From: Microcoleus sp.
Lineage (GTDB): Bacteria > Cyanobacteriota > Cyanobacteriia > Cyanobacteriales > Microcoleaceae
DNA length: 64,000 bases
Direction: 5' to 3'
NCBI GenBank assembly: GCA_042408215.1
Contig: JAYFMW010000006.1
Location: forward strand, 512,001-576,000
This document shows positions 1 through 10,604 of the stretch, one piece after another. The translations under genes and the position numbers were made by a program. The notes beneath the pieces were generated by a model, which saw nothing but the letters and a program-made list of their open reading frames with translations, was not told the origin of the DNA and did no database searches. How positions within the stretch are numbered: the first letter of the stretch is position 1; each line of letters begins with the position of its first letter.

Positions 1-21
1 GGCTGTTACAAAACGTAACTT

Positions 22-225
22 ATGCTGGTTTCTATTTTAATAATTGACGTTGCCCTAGTTGCCTGGTCTTTGCACTTAATGCAGGAGGCGATCGCACAAC
101 GGGAATTTTCTCTAGTGCTAGCCGGCACCCTAGTTGCGGTCTCAGCCGCAGCCTTGATAGTCGTCTACTTCCTCATGGGGTCTTGTCTGAGTCATTTAAG
201 CGAAATATCCCAACACACATATTAA
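22..225 (+). CDS. small hydrophobic hypothetical membrane protein
   Basis: 67-aa ATG ORF with two hydrophobic segments. Confidence 0.6.
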   Translation: MLVSILIIDVALVAWSLHLMQEAIAQREFSLVLAGTLVAVSAAALIVVYFLMGSCLSHLSEISQHTY

Positions 226-328
226 TAATAGTAGGGATTGAGAATTGTTCTTAAGCGAGGAGCCGTTTTTTGACAAAAAGCCGAAAGCCTTGCCAGTCGA
301 AGGCTCCAAACTAATTTTGCCAAAAGGC

Positions 329-358
329 TTGACAAACATCGGTAAGTTAAGGCATGAT
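329..358 (+). promoter_or_regulatory. putative sigma70 promoter of tRNA-Ala
   Basis: TTGACA (329-334), 18 bp, CATGAT, ending about 19 bp upstream of the tRNA. Confidence 0.5.
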
Positions 359-376
359 TGAGAGCGCGAAACGAAA

Positions 377-449
377 GGGGAATTAGCTCAGTTGGTAGAG
401 CACTACGATGGCATTGTAGGGGTCAGCGGTTCGAGCCCGCTATTCTCCA
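377..449 (+). tRNA. tRNA-Ala (anticodon GGC)
   Basis: Cloverleaf with GGGGAAT/ATTCTCC acceptor (G3-U70), D arm GCTC-AGTTGGTA-GAGC, anticodon arm CTACG-ATGGCAT-TGTAG and T loop TTCGAGC. Confidence 0.97.
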
Positions 450-495
450 TAAAACGGCAACAAAGACTAGGCGATACCGTAGGGAAACGGCACTG

Positions 496-707
496 CCCAT
501 AGGTGTCAACTTAAGCCTGAAAGCCTTGATAAATCTCGTTTTTACCTGAGTCTAGATCCCCCTAAATCCCCCTTAAGAAGGGGAGTAGGGGGTGACTTTG
601 ATCGGACTCCTGTCCCCCCCTTCTTAAGGGGGGCTAGGGGGGATCTAGATTTAATAGTCTTGCCAACAGTCTGTGACAGGGTTTGACCTTAAGTTGACAC
701 CAATGGG
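496..707. mobile_element. MITE with 20-bp TIRs and 5-bp TSD (CACTG), inserted in a REP-like palindrome
   Basis: TIRs CCCATAGGTGTCAACTTAAG / CTTAAGTTGACACCAATGGG. CACTG at 491-495 and 708-712. Internal CCCCCTAAATCCCCCTTAAGAAGGGG repeat. Confidence 0.8.
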
Positions 708-813
708 CACTGCCGTGTCCTCTTTCGATGGTGACTTCGATGGTGGCGATCGCATCAAAAAAACCAATGTTTGGTAAAATCAGAACAGTCTACCCACAAC
801 CAAGGGGCTACCT

Positions 814-1965
814 GTGGCAAAGTCAACTGAATCCAACAATCCAGAGAGGCCGAGTCAACTTGCCCGCACGCCTCTACACGACCTATCATTAGAACTCAAA
901 GCTCGGATCGTGCCCTTTTCCGGGTGGGAGATGGCGGTGCAGTACAGCGGTCTGAGCAGCGAACATCAAGCAGTGCGATCGCAAGTAGGAATGTTCGACA
1001 TTTCCCACATGGGAAAATTTGGTTTGAGAGGGAAACAATTAAGAGAAAAATTTCAACTCTTAGTACCCTCCGACTTGAGTCGATTGCAACCTGGTCAAGC
1101 TCAATATACAGTATTGTTAAACGCCAAAGGCTGCATCTTAGACGACATTATTTTCTACTACCAAAAACCCGACACCACCACTAGCGAAGAACGTGCAGTA
1201 ATCATAGTTAATGCGGCCACTCGCATCCGAGACAAAGCTTGGATAGCCGCCCATTTAGAATTAAGCGGTATTAGTTTTACAGACATTTCCCCCGAAAAAG
1301 TTTTAATCGCAATTCAAGGCCCGGAAGCAGTCAATTATCTCCAGCCTTTAGTTACAGACAACCTCACCCCAATTAAAGCCTTCGGACACTTAGAAACAAA
1401 CCTATTGGGACAGCCAAGTTTTATCGCTAGAACTGGTTACACGGGGGAAGACGGGTTTGAGATAATGGTCGATGCAGAAATAGGAAAAGAACTGTGGAAA
1501 AAACTATTAGCTGCTGGCGTTGTACCCTGCGGTTTGGGTGCGAGAGATACCTTGCGTTTAGAAGCAGCAATGGCACTTTACGGTCAAGATATTGACTATA
1601 ATACGACACCTTTAGAAGCTGGACTAGGTTGGGTTGTTCACCTCGATAGCAAAGGCGATTTTATTGGCCGCGAGGTTTTGGAACAGCAGAAAGCGAGTGG
1701 AGTTTCCAAGCGGTTAGTAGGGTTAGAAATGCAGGGGCGACACATTGCTCGTCACGGCTATCCGGTAATCTTTGAAAGTGAAAAAGTAGGAGAAGTTACT
1801 AGCGGTACGTTGTCACCGACTTTGAATAAACCGATCGCCCTTGCCTATGTTCCCACAAAATTAGCTAAAATTGGTCAGGAATTACAAGTCGAAATTCGCG
1901 GCAAAAACTATCCGGCTACTGTGGTGAAAAAACCATTTTATCGATCGCCAAACCGACCGAGTTAA
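814..1965 (+). CDS. gcvT: glycine cleavage system aminomethyltransferase T
   Basis: Motifs [30 protein letters not shown]. Clustered with gcvH and gcvP. Confidence 0.97.
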   Translation: MAKSTESNNPERPSQLARTPLHDLSLELKARIVPFSGWEMAVQYSGLSSEHQAVRSQVGMFDISHMGKFGLRGKQLREKFQLLVPSDLSRLQPGQAQYTVLLNAKGCILDDIIFYYQKPDTTTSEERAVIIVNAATRIRDKAWIAAHLELSGISFTDISPEKVLIAIQGPEAVNYLQPLVTDNLTPIKAFGHLETNLLGQPSFIARTGYTGEDGFEIMVDAEIGKELWKKLLAAGVVPCGLGARDTLRLEAAMALYGQDIDYNTTPLEAGLGWVVHLDSKGDFIGREVLEQQKASGVSKRLVGLEMQGRHIARHGYPVIFESEKVGEVTSGTLSPTLNKPIALAYVPTKLAKIGQELQVEIRGKNYPATVVKKPFYRSPNRPS

Positions 1966-1974
1966 ATTAAGTAA

Positions 1975-2155
1975 GTTAGGATTAATTCAGGGGCGGGCTA
2001 GAAGCCCAACCCCTACTCCCCACAATAAAATGTATTTCTTCTTGTGGAACGGGCTTCTAGCCCGTTAGGATTAATTCAGGGGCGGGCTAGAAGCCCAACC
2101 CCTACTCCCCACAATAAAATGTATTTCTTCTTGTGGAACGGGCTTCTAGCCCGTT
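1975..2155. repeat. 89-bp tandem duplication of a palindromic intergenic element
   Basis: Two copies starting 1975 and 2064, each with GGGCTAGAAGCCC...GGGCTTCTAGCCC. Lies between convergent genes. Confidence 0.9.
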
Positions 2156-2157
2156 GC

Positions 2158-2995
2158 TCATAATTTTGGTAGAGAAGATTCATCGACTAGCTTAGCAAAT
2201 TTTCGCAAAGTTTCAGCATAGCGATCGCCCGCCACATCCATCAAATCATTGTGACCGGCCCCATCAACCCAAAAATTCAGTTTCGGCTCCTTGGCGGCCG
2301 CAAACAACTGCTCTCCATGCCAAAAATGCACCACCTCATCAGCCTTACCGTGAATCACCAAAACAGGCGATCGAACTTTGCCAATCTTATCAATATTCAC
2401 AAACTTGTCAAAGGGTAAAATCGGAATCCGCGTCAACACCCGAAAAGCCGAAACAAACGAACTTTCAACCACCGACAGATTGTCGCGAAGCCAAATCAAT
2501 TGCCGGCCCACCGCCCACAGAACGCCCGTAAACAATAATTTGCTTAGCAGGTACTCCCAACTGTTGCGTTAAATAATTGTAAGCAGCCTCAATATCACGA
2601 TAAGTATTATACTCAGAAGGCTTTCCCTGACTGGTGCCGTAACCTTGATAATCATAGGCAAACACAGCAAAACCGCTATCTCGAATCTCTCTGAGTACCC
2701 ACAAAATCCCGTCCAAATCTTCCGCATTCCCATGACTGTAAAGTATGGTATATTTAGCTTGCGGGTTAGGAAAATGAACAGCAGAAATTTTCATGCCATT
2801 AGCTGAGCCAACTTTGATCGCTTCCCTGCTATCACTCTGACTAGATGGGGGAGATTGAAAAATTAGCCCTTCTGAAAAAAAGCAAGCGTAAAAACACAAA
2901 AATGCGTAAATAAAAATTATAGAGCGCATAAGTCGTTTCCAAGAAAATTCTCCGAAAAGCAAGCGTTTAATATTTTTTCGGTTCCAGTTAGCCAT
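2158..2995 (-). pseudogene. alpha/beta hydrolase (ABHD17-like), frameshifted near 2465
   Basis: YSHGNAED and GRSVG nucleophile motif in ORF 2465-3016. VESSF...HGKADEVV...GAGHN continues in another frame (2158-2535). Confidence 0.8.
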
Positions 2996-3055
2996 CACTA
3001 AACACCCATAGTTCACTAAGATTTAATTGATACTTTGTTAATTGCGAGAAAAGAC

Positions 3056-3445
3056 ATGGCACTAAAATACCCCGATGACTTGAAATACCTAGACACCCAC
3101 GAATACATCCGACTCGAAGGCGAAATTGCCACCATCGGCATCAGCGCCTTTGCCGTGGATCAACTAGGTGATATCGTATTTCTGGAATTGCCAGAAGTCG
3201 GTTCAACGGTGGAAAAGGGCGAAACTTTCGGTACTGTCGAGTCAGTGAAAGCCGTTGAAGACTTGAAAGCGCCCGTTACCGGCACTGTCGTAGAACGCAA
3301 TGATGCCATTGTAGAGTCTCCTGAGAATTTGGCGGAAGACCCCTACGCCGAAGGGTGGCTGCTGAAAGTGCGCGTTGACAATCCCAGGGAAGTCGATGAT
3401 GCTTTGTCAGTCGAAGACTATCACCTAATGGTGGAAGGGAAATAG
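3056..3445 (+). CDS. gcvH: glycine cleavage system H protein
   Basis: Lipoyl motif ESVKA and [22 protein letters not shown] at 3056. Confidence 0.97.
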   Translation: MALKYPDDLKYLDTHEYIRLEGEIATIGISAFAVDQLGDIVFLELPEVGSTVEKGETFGTVESVKAVEDLKAPVTGTVVERNDAIVESPENLAEDPYAEGWLLKVRVDNPREVDDALSVEDYHLMVEGK

Positions 3446-3510
3446 GGAATAGGGAATAGGGCATGGGGAATAGGGCATAGGGCATGGGGCATGGGGCATA
3501 GGGCATGGGG
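3437..3510. repeat. STRR heptamer tract (GGGAATA/GGGCATG)
   Basis: About 10 tandem heptamers after gcvH. Confidence 0.9.
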
Positions 3511-3779
3511 CCGAAAGCATTGGGCATTCGTAGCCATCTCTCCCACTCTCCCCTCTCCCCTCCTCCTTCTATCAAGTTATATCAATTCCGGTTGCATCGG
3601 AATGATTTAACCGCAGAGAACGCAGAGAACGCAGAGGGAGATTCAGAGAGAGATGAATAATTCCGCTGAAGAGAGGATTTGATCTACATCCGTTAAATCC
3701 GCTACAAAATCCGCTGCCGAACCTCCTCCTATCCGCTACATCCGTTAAATCCGTTACAAAATCCGTTGCCGAACTTCCT

Positions 3780-6700
3780 TTGCAAAATGTTACAAACAAA
3801 GAAGCAAAAGTCTATTCAGGAGAATCCGCCTTGGTACTCTACAGTTCTGAAATTGAGTCAAATCAACAACAAAACCTTACTCCCATAGATGGTTTTGCGC
3901 GCCGGCACATTGGCCCGACACCAAGCGAAATCCAGCAAATGCTCGATGTTTTGGGCATTGACAGCCTCGATGATTTGATTGACAAAACGGTTCCGGCGGC
4001 GATTCGCCTCCCGCATCCTCTCGAACTGCTTGCTGCAAAAAGCGAGTATGCTGCATTGGCAGAATTGAAAGAAATTGCGACAAAAAATCAGGTATTGCGA
4101 TCGTACATCGGCACTGGATATCACGACTGCATCACACCCCCGGTAATTGGGCGCAATATCCTAGAAAATCCCGGCTGGTATACAGCTTACACTCCCTACC
4201 AAGCTGAAATTGCCCAAGGGCGATTAGAAGCTTTGCTAAATTTCCAAACCATGATAATTGACCTCACGGGTTTGGAAATTGCCAACGCTTCTTTGCTGGA
4301 TGAAGGAACAGCAGCAGCGGAAGCGATGACAGTAAGTTATGGTGTCTCTAAGAATAAGGGAAAAGCGTTTTTTGTGGCTCAAGATTGCCATCCTCAAACT
4401 ATTGAAGTGGTGCAAACTCGCGCTAAGCCCCTGGGAATTGATGTGATTGTGGGCGACCATCGAGACTTTAAATGCGATCGCACAATCTTCGGTGCCCTGC
4501 TACAATACCCTGCAACAGACGGCGCAATTTACGACTACACAGATTTTATCGCATCAGCCCACGAAGTCGGCGCATTAGTCACAGTTGCCGCCGATATTTT
4601 GAGCCTTTGCGTGCTCACACCCCCAGGCGAATTCGGCGCTGACATAGCCGTAGGAAGCACCCAGCGCTTCGGAATTCCGATGGGATTCGGGGGGCCTCAC
4701 GCAGCCTATTTCGCCACGCGAGAAGAGTTTAAACGGCAAGTTCCAGGGCGAATTGTGGGAGTATCAAAAGATGCTAACGGCAAATCAGCTTTACGTTTGG
4801 CATTGCAAACTCGCGAACAGCACATCCGCCGCGAAAAAGCAACGAGCAATATTTGTACTGCTCAAGTTTTGCTAGCAGTAATGGCGGGTATGTATGCTGT
4901 TTATCACGGTCCCCAGGGGCTAAAACAAATTGCGGAACAAGTACGCAGTTTAACTGCAATCTTGGCCTCCGGTTTGCAAGGCTTCGGATACAAAATTGGT
5001 GCTGAACCTTTCTTCGATACTCTGCGGGTAGAATTGGGAGATAGACAATTAGCTGAAATTTTAGAATCTGCTCAAAATTACCAGATTAATCTCCGGGTTT
5101 TTGATGAAAAAACCGTGGGAATTAGTCTGGATGAAACTGTAACTGCGGCCGATGTAAAAAAGTTGTTGGCAATTTTTGCAGAGAAGAAAGATGTTATCAA
5201 TGCTGATGGCGACATTTTTGTGAGTATGTCGCTAGATGCAGATGATTTTACCTCATCTTTAGTGTATCCGGCTTTTTGCGATCGCACCAGCGGCTATCTC
5301 ACTCATCCAGTCTTTAACAGCTACCACTCGGAAACCGAACTTTTGCGCTATATGCACCGATTGGAAGCCAAGGATTTATCGCTGAATACATCGATGATTC
5401 CCTTGGGTTCCTGTACGATGAAATTGAATGCAACTGCGGAAATGTTGCCGGTGAGTTGGCCAGAATTTAGCAAGATTCATCCCTTCGCACCCAGCCATCA
5501 AACTCGTGGCTATCAAATGATGTTTGTGCAACTCGAACAATGGCTGGCAGAAATCACAGGTTTTGCCGGAATTTCCTTACAACCAAACGCAGGTTCCCAA
5601 GGCGAATATGCGGGTTTGTTAGTAATTCGTCAATACCACGAAAATCGCGGCGAATCTCACCGCAATATTTGTTTGATTCCCCAGTCAGCCCACGGTACAA
5701 ATCCAGCCAGCGCGGTGATGGCTGGGATGAAAGTAGTTGCGGTTGATTGCGATTCTCAGGGAAATATTGATGTTTCTGACTTGCAAAAAAAAGCCGAAAA
5801 GCACAAAAATGAACTAGCTGCTTTGATGGTAACATATCCATCTACCCACGGCGTTTTTGAAGCAGAAATTAAAGAGATTTGCGAGATTGTCCATCAAGCC
5901 GGCGGACAGGTTTATATGGACGGGGCTAATATGAATGCTCAAGTTGGTTTGTGTCGCCCTGGTGATTTTGGTGCTGATGTTTGTCACTTGAATTTGCACA
6001 AAACTTTCTGCATTCCCCACGGTGGCGGCGGCCCAGGAATGGGGCCGATTGGGGTGATGTCTCATTTGGTGGAATTTTTGCCTGATGTGTCGGTCGATCC
6101 CCCCCAGCCCCCCTTAACAAGGGGGGGGCAAGAGTTAGCTAATCAATCGATAGAACCTCCAAGAAATGGGGGGCAAGAGTTGGCTAATCAATCGATAGAA
6201 CCTCCAACAACTGGGGGGCAAGAGTTGGCTAATCAATCGATAGAACCTCCAACAACTGGGGGGCAAGAGTTGGCTAATCAATCGATAGAACCTCCAACAA
6301 CTGGGGGGCAAGAGTTGGCTAATCAATCGATAGAACCTCCAATAAATGGGGATAAAGATAGCAATTCTATAGGTGCTGTTTCGGCTGCGCCTTGGGGAAG
6401 TGCCAGCATTTTGACTATTTCTTGGATGTACATTCGGATGATGGGAGGAGTGGGTTTAACTGAGGCGACAAAAGTTGCAATTCTTAATGCTAATTACATG
6501 GCAAAACGGTTAGAATCCTATTATCCGGTTTTGTACAAAGGGAAATCGGGTTTGGTGGCGCATGAGTGTATTTTGGATTTGCGACTTCTCAAGAAAACCG
6601 CAGGTATTGAAGTGGAAGATATTGCCAAACGCCTGATGGATTACGGCTATCACGCGCCGACGGTTTCTTGGCCAGTCGCCGGTACGGTGATGGTGGAACC

Positions 6701-7007
6701 GACGGAAAGCGAATCAAAGCAGGAATTAGACCGTTTTTGCGATGCGATGATTGCGATTCGAGCGGAAATTGCGGAGATTGAAAACGGCAATGTTGACGCG
6801 CAAAATAACGTCTTGAAAAATGCACCGCACACCGCAGAATCTCTGATGGTTGATGAGTGGAATCATCCTTATACTCGCGCGCAAGCCGCTTATCCGACAG
6901 CTTGGACTCGCGAATATAAGTTTTGGCCTGCGGTGGGTAGGATAGATAATGCTTTTGGCGATCGCAATTTTGTCTGTTCTTGTTTACCAATGGAGGCTTA
7001 CACTTAA
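3780..7007 (+). CDS. gcvP: glycine dehydrogenase (decarboxylating), P protein; start uncertain; carries an in-frame repeat insert
   Basis: Motifs [32 protein letters not shown] (PLP lysine), MVEPTESE. Confidence 0.97.
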   Translation: MQNVTNKEAKVYSGESALVLYSSEIESNQQQNLTPIDGFARRHIGPTPSEIQQMLDVLGIDSLDDLIDKTVPAAIRLPHPLELLAAKSEYAALAELKEIATKNQVLRSYIGTGYHDCITPPVIGRNILENPGWYTAYTPYQAEIAQGRLEALLNFQTMIIDLTGLEIANASLLDEGTAAAEAMTVSYGVSKNKGKAFFVAQDCHPQTIEVVQTRAKPLGIDVIVGDHRDFKCDRTIFGALLQYPATDGAIYDYTDFIASAHEVGALVTVAADILSLCVLTPPGEFGADIAVGSTQRFGIPMGFGGPHAAYFATREEFKRQVPGRIVGVSKDANGKSALRLALQTREQHIRREKATSNICTAQVLLAVMAGMYAVYHGPQGLKQIAEQVRSLTAILASGLQGFGYKIGAEPFFDTLRVELGDRQLAEILESAQNYQINLRVFDEKTVGISLDETVTAADVKKLLAIFAEKKDVINADGDIFVSMSLDADDFTSSLVYPAFCDRTSGYLTHPVFNSYHSETELLRYMHRLEAKDLSLNTSMIPLGSCTMKLNATAEMLPVSWPEFSKIHPFAPSHQTRGYQMMFVQLEQWLAEITGFAGISLQPNAGSQGEYAGLLVIRQYHENRGESHRNICLIPQSAHGTNPASAVMAGMKVVAVDCDSQGNIDVSDLQKKAEKHKNELAALMVTYPSTHGVFEAEIKEICEIVHQAGGQVYMDGANMNAQVGLCRPGDFGADVCHLNLHKTFCIPHGGGGPGMGPIGVMSHLVEFLPDVSVDPPQPPLTRGGQELANQSIEPPRNGGQELANQSIEPPTTGGQELANQSIEPPTTGGQELANQSIEPPTTGGQELANQSIEPPINGDKDSNSIGAVSAAPWGSASILTISWMYIRMMGGVGLTEATKVAILNANYMAKRLESYYPVLYKGKSGLVAHECILDLRLLKKTAGIEVEDIAKRLMDYGYHAPTVSWPVAGTVMVEPTESESKQELDRFCDAMIAIRAEIAEIENGNVDAQNNVLKNAPHTAESLMVDEWNHPYTRAQAAYPTAWTREYKFWPAVGRIDNAFGDRNFVCSCLPMEAYT
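6095..6350 (+). repeat. in-frame 45-bp tandem repeat (5 copies) inside gcvP
   Basis: Encodes [13 protein letters not shown](TT/RN) five times. Period 45 bp (6128, 6173...). Confidence 0.95.
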
Positions 7008-7011
7008 GGTT

Positions 7012-7750
7012 GAAACCGGGTTTTTTGCCCAAATTAAAACTGTTACCTAAATCTCGGAAAAAACCCGGTTTCTGAACCTCACCTAAAGCCCCCAAGAAAC
7101 CGGGTTTTTGCGACAATACTTAATCACAACCCAAAATCTCGGAAAAAACCCGGTTTCTCAGCCCACGCGAAGACTCCAAGAAACCGGGTTTCTACGAGTA
7201 TCTAAACATCCTCACGCCCGATTTAGGAAGAAACCCGGTTTCTGAGCACCGTGCTACATCCAAGAAACCGGGTTTCTGCGATAATTTATGTATCATCACC
7301 CAGATTCAGGAAGAAACCCGGTTTCTACCTCCCCACCAACAGCCTCCAAACTCCATAAGCACCGCGAAGACTCCAAGAAACCGGGTTTCTACGAGTATCT
7401 AAACATCCTCACGCCCGATTTAGGAAGAAACCCGGTTTCTGAGCACCGTGCTACATCCAAGAAACCGGGTTTCTGCGATAATTTATGTATCATCACCCAG
7501 ATTCAGGAAGAAACCCGGTTTCTACCTCCCCACCAACAGCCTCCAAACTCCATAAGCACCGCGAAGACTCCAAGAAACCGGGTTTCTACGAGTATCTAAA
7601 CATCCTCACGCCCGATTTAGGAAGAAACCCGGTTTCTGAGCACCGTGCTACATCCAAGAAACCGGGTTTCTGCGATAATTTATGTATCATCACCCAGATT
7701 CAGGAAGAAACCTGGTTTCTACCTCCCCACCAACAGCCTCCAAACTCCAT
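7012..7750. repeat. AAACCGGGTTT/AAACCCGGTTT-core array, including three copies of a 197-bp unit
   Basis: Identical ORF starts at 7288, 7485 and 7682 give a 197-bp period. Confidence 0.93.
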
Positions 7751-7963
7751 AACTTAGAAACAAAATTTGTAGTTTGCATTAACAACCAAGACTATCCAGC
7801 ATCATTGGAAGTGCGAAAAATCTACCAAATAATCCCGGATAATCGCGGTGGGGAACATCAATTGATCCGAGTTATTGATGAATCTGGCGAAGATTATTTG
7901 TATCCAGTTGCATATTTTGTACCCATCGCATTGCCGCAAGCTGTAGCAGCCGTATTTGCCTAG
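7682..7963 (+). CDS. small hypothetical protein whose N-terminus is repeat-derived
   Basis: Non-repeat, protein-like C-terminal 70 aa (FVVCINNQDYPASLEVRKIY...VIDESGEDYLYP). The only in-frame ATG lies inside the repeat. Confidence 0.6.
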   Translation: MYHHPDSGRNLVSTSPPTASKLHNLETKFVVCINNQDYPASLEVRKIYQIIPDNRGGEHQLIRVIDESGEDYLYPVAYFVPIALPQAVAAVFA

Positions 7964-7981
7964 TAGAAACTATCAATTCTA

Positions 7982-8925
7982 TTACGCACTTCGACTAAAG
8001 AAACCGGGTTTTTACTGAAGCTGTCGGTGGGAACGAAATATTGTCGTAAAAAACCCGGTTTCTGAGCTTACGCACTTCGACTAAAGAAACCGGGTTTTTA
8101 CTGAAGCTGTCGGTGGGAACGAAATATTGTCGTAAAAAACCCGGTTTCTGAGCTTACGCACTTCGACTAAAGAAACCGGGTTTTTACTGAAGCTGTCGGT
8201 GGGAAGGAAATATTGTCGTAAAAAACCCGGTTTCTGAGCTTACCCACTTCGACTAAAGAAACCGGGTTTTTACTGAAGCTGTTGGTGGGAAGGAAATATT
8301 GTCGTAAAAAACCCGGTTTCTGAGCTTACCCACTTCGACTAAAGAAACCGGGTTTTTACTGAAGCTGTTGGTGGGAAGGAAATATTGTCGTAAAAAACCC
8401 GGTTTCTGAGCTTACCCACTTCGACTAAAGAAACCGGGTTTTTACTGAAGCTGTTGGTGGGAAGGAAATATTGTCGTAAAAAACCCGGTTTCTGAGCTTA
8501 CCCACTTCGACTAAAGAAACCGGGTTTTTACTGAAGCTGTTGGTGGGAAGGAAATATTGTCGTAAAAAACCCGGTTTCTGAGCTTACCCACTTCGACTAA
8601 AGAAACCGGGTTTTTACTGAAGCTGTTGGTGGGAAGGAAATATTGTCGTAAAAAACCCGGTTTCTGAGCTTACCCACTTCGACTAAAGAAACCGGGTTTT
8701 TACTGAAGCTGTTGGTGGGAAGGAAATATTGTCGTAAAAAACCCGGTTTCTGAGCACCATGCTACATCCAAGAAACCGGGTTTTTACTGAAGCTGTCGGT
8801 GGGAAGGAAATATTGTCGTAAAAAACCCGGTTTCTGAGCTTACCCACTTCGACTAAAGAAACCGGGTTTTTACTGAAGCTGTTGGTGGGAAGGAAATATT
8901 GTCGTAAAAAACCCGGTTTCTGAGT
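7982..8925. repeat. 86-bp tandem array (about 11 copies) with the AAACCGGGTTT core
   Basis: Units start at 7982, 8068, 8154... and are nearly identical, so this is not a CRISPR array. Confidence 0.95.
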
Positions 8926-8930
8926 CAATC

Positions 8931-9335
8931 TCAAGGAGTAAGCTGTTGTGCATTTAAATCGTCCTCAGCATCCAAGTGTGTCAGGGGACAAATACAACTC
9001 TCCTTTCCCAGCCACTGCGATCCTACTTGATGCAAGGCGGCCATCACTGGTTGAATTTGGCGACCTTTGGGCGTGAGGGAATATTCTACACGGGGTGGAA
9101 TCTCGGCATACACTCGGCGATCGACTAACCCTTGAGCTTCCAACTCTCGGAGGCGCTGAGTCAGGGTTTTGGTGCTGATTCCCGGAAGCGCTGCGAGTAA
9201 TTCGTGGGTACGCCGATCGCCACCAAACAGTTCGCGTAGAACCAAAATTGACCATTTATTGTCCAACAAATCCAGCACAAATTGAATCGGACATTTAATC
9301 TCTATGCACTGACTGGGTTCCAGCATAAACTCCAT
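8931..9335 (-). CDS. chlR: HxlR/MarR-type regulator, probable ChlR (low-oxygen Fe-S activator)
   Basis: HxlR wHTH motifs (CPI...KWSILVLREL, PPRVEYSLT), N-terminal Cys and C-terminal CxC. Divergent from acsF-ho-hemN. Confidence 0.75.
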   Translation of the reverse strand: MEFMLEPSQCIEIKCPIQFVLDLLDNKWSILVLRELFGGDRRTHELLAALPGISTKTLTQRLRELEAQGLVDRRVYAEIPPRVEYSLTPKGRQIQPVMAALHQVGSQWLGKESCICPLTHLDAEDDLNAQQLTP

Positions 9336-9407
9336 TCAAATTTGCCTCCATGATAATTTCCATATTTCCTTTAGAAATGGCTCAAGCGTCCTATGGGCTT
9401 CTATGCT

Positions 9408-9440
9408 TTACTTTTAGTAACTATAGGATACCACTGGTAA
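9408..9440. promoter_or_regulatory. two putative ChlR operator palindromes
   Basis: TTACT-TTT-AGTAA (9408-9420) and ATACC-ACT-GGTAA (9428-9440) resemble the TTMCC-N3/4-GGWAA ChlR consensus. Confidence 0.55.
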
Positions 9441-9516
9441 CTGACTTGTGGGCGATCGCGGATTCAGGAACAATTGGCGCACAGCGATCAATCCTGAACA
9501 ATCCACTCTTCACTCT

Positions 9517-10593
9517 ATGGTCAGTTCAACTACTAAATCGGAGTCGGCTGGTCTACCATCCGGCATTAAAGCACCCGTTCAAGAAACTCTGTTAACACCC
9601 CGGTTTTACACCACAAATTTTGATGCCGTCGCTGAGATGGATTTGTCTGAGCAACAAGCGGAATTAGAAGCAGTTGTAGCAGAATTGCGCGCCGACTATA
9701 ACCGCCACCATTTTGTCCGCAATCAAGAGTTTGAGCAATGCTGGGACAACATTGATGGCGAAACACGACAGGCGTTTATTGACTTTCTAGAACGCTCCTG
9801 TACCTCGGAATTTTCGGGTTTTCTGTTGTTCAAAGAACTCTCCCGCAAACTTAAGAATCGCCAACCTTTGTTATCGGAAGCGTTTAGCTTACTGGCACGG
9901 GATGAAGCGCGTCATGCTGGTTTCTTGAATAAGGCGATGACGGATTTTGGGTTGTCTCTGGATCTCGGCTATTTAACAAAAAATCGTACCTACACATTCT
10001 TCCCTCCAGAATGGGTGATCTATACGGTTTATCTGTCGGAAAAAATTGGCTACTGGCGCTATATTTTGGTGTTTCGCCATCTTGAACAACATCCAGAACA
10101 TCGAATTTATCCCCTGTTTCGCTACTTCGATAATTGGTGCCAGGACGAAAATCGGCATGGGGATTTCTTTAAGGCTTTGTTGCGATCGCAGCCCCAACTC
10201 TGGAATAGCTGGAAGGCAAGACTCTGGGCCCGCTTTTTCCTACTGACGGTGTTTGCCACCCACACCATGACGGTGTTGGAACGCTCTACATTTTATGACT
10301 CGATCGGCATCGACCCCCAGGAGTATAACAAGCAGGTCATTCATCACACCAACGCAACTGCCAAAGGGGCGTTTCCCAGTATTTTAGATACTCACCATCC
10401 AGAATTCTTTCCCCGTTTGGAGCAATGCGCGATCGCCAATCAAAAGTTGGCAGAAATCTCAAGTAACCAGCGCCCTGCCGCCATCCAATTTTGCCAAAAA
10501 TTACCCTGGATTGCTGCGATCGCGTGGCAGTTGTTGCGCCTTTATTTACTGCCCTCGATTAATGCTGAAACGTCCAGAACCGTGATTAATTAG
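9517..10593 (+). CDS. acsF: Mg-protoporphyrin IX monomethyl ester oxidative cyclase (low-O2 isoform)
   Basis: TLLTPRFYTT, RSCTSEFSGFLL, diiron motifs DEARH and DENRH. Confidence 0.95.
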   Translation: MVSSTTKSESAGLPSGIKAPVQETLLTPRFYTTNFDAVAEMDLSEQQAELEAVVAELRADYNRHHFVRNQEFEQCWDNIDGETRQAFIDFLERSCTSEFSGFLLFKELSRKLKNRQPLLSEAFSLLARDEARHAGFLNKAMTDFGLSLDLGYLTKNRTYTFFPPEWVIYTVYLSEKIGYWRYILVFRHLEQHPEHRIYPLFRYFDNWCQDENRHGDFFKALLRSQPQLWNSWKARLWARFFLLTVFATHTMTVLERSTFYDSIGIDPQEYNKQVIHHTNATAKGAFPSILDTHHPEFFPRLEQCAIANQKLAEISSNQRPAAIQFCQKLPWIAAIAWQLLRLYLLPSINAETSRTVIN

Positions 10594-10604
10594 GAGATAC
10601 GATC

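Noticed and set aside
358..549. 63-aa ORF
   Set aside because: Overlaps tRNA-Ala and the MITE.
377..720. tRNA-anchored genomic island or prophage
   Set aside because: No integrase and no duplicated tRNA 3' end seen. Housekeeping gcvT follows.
720..813. Glycine riboswitch upstream of gcvT or gcvP
   Set aside because: No recognisable aptamer motifs. The leaders are occupied by repeats.
7982..8925. CRISPR array (also 7012-7750, 16360-17073, 56945-57422)
   Set aside because: The sequences between the palindromic cores are identical rather than unique spacers, and there are no cas genes in the window.
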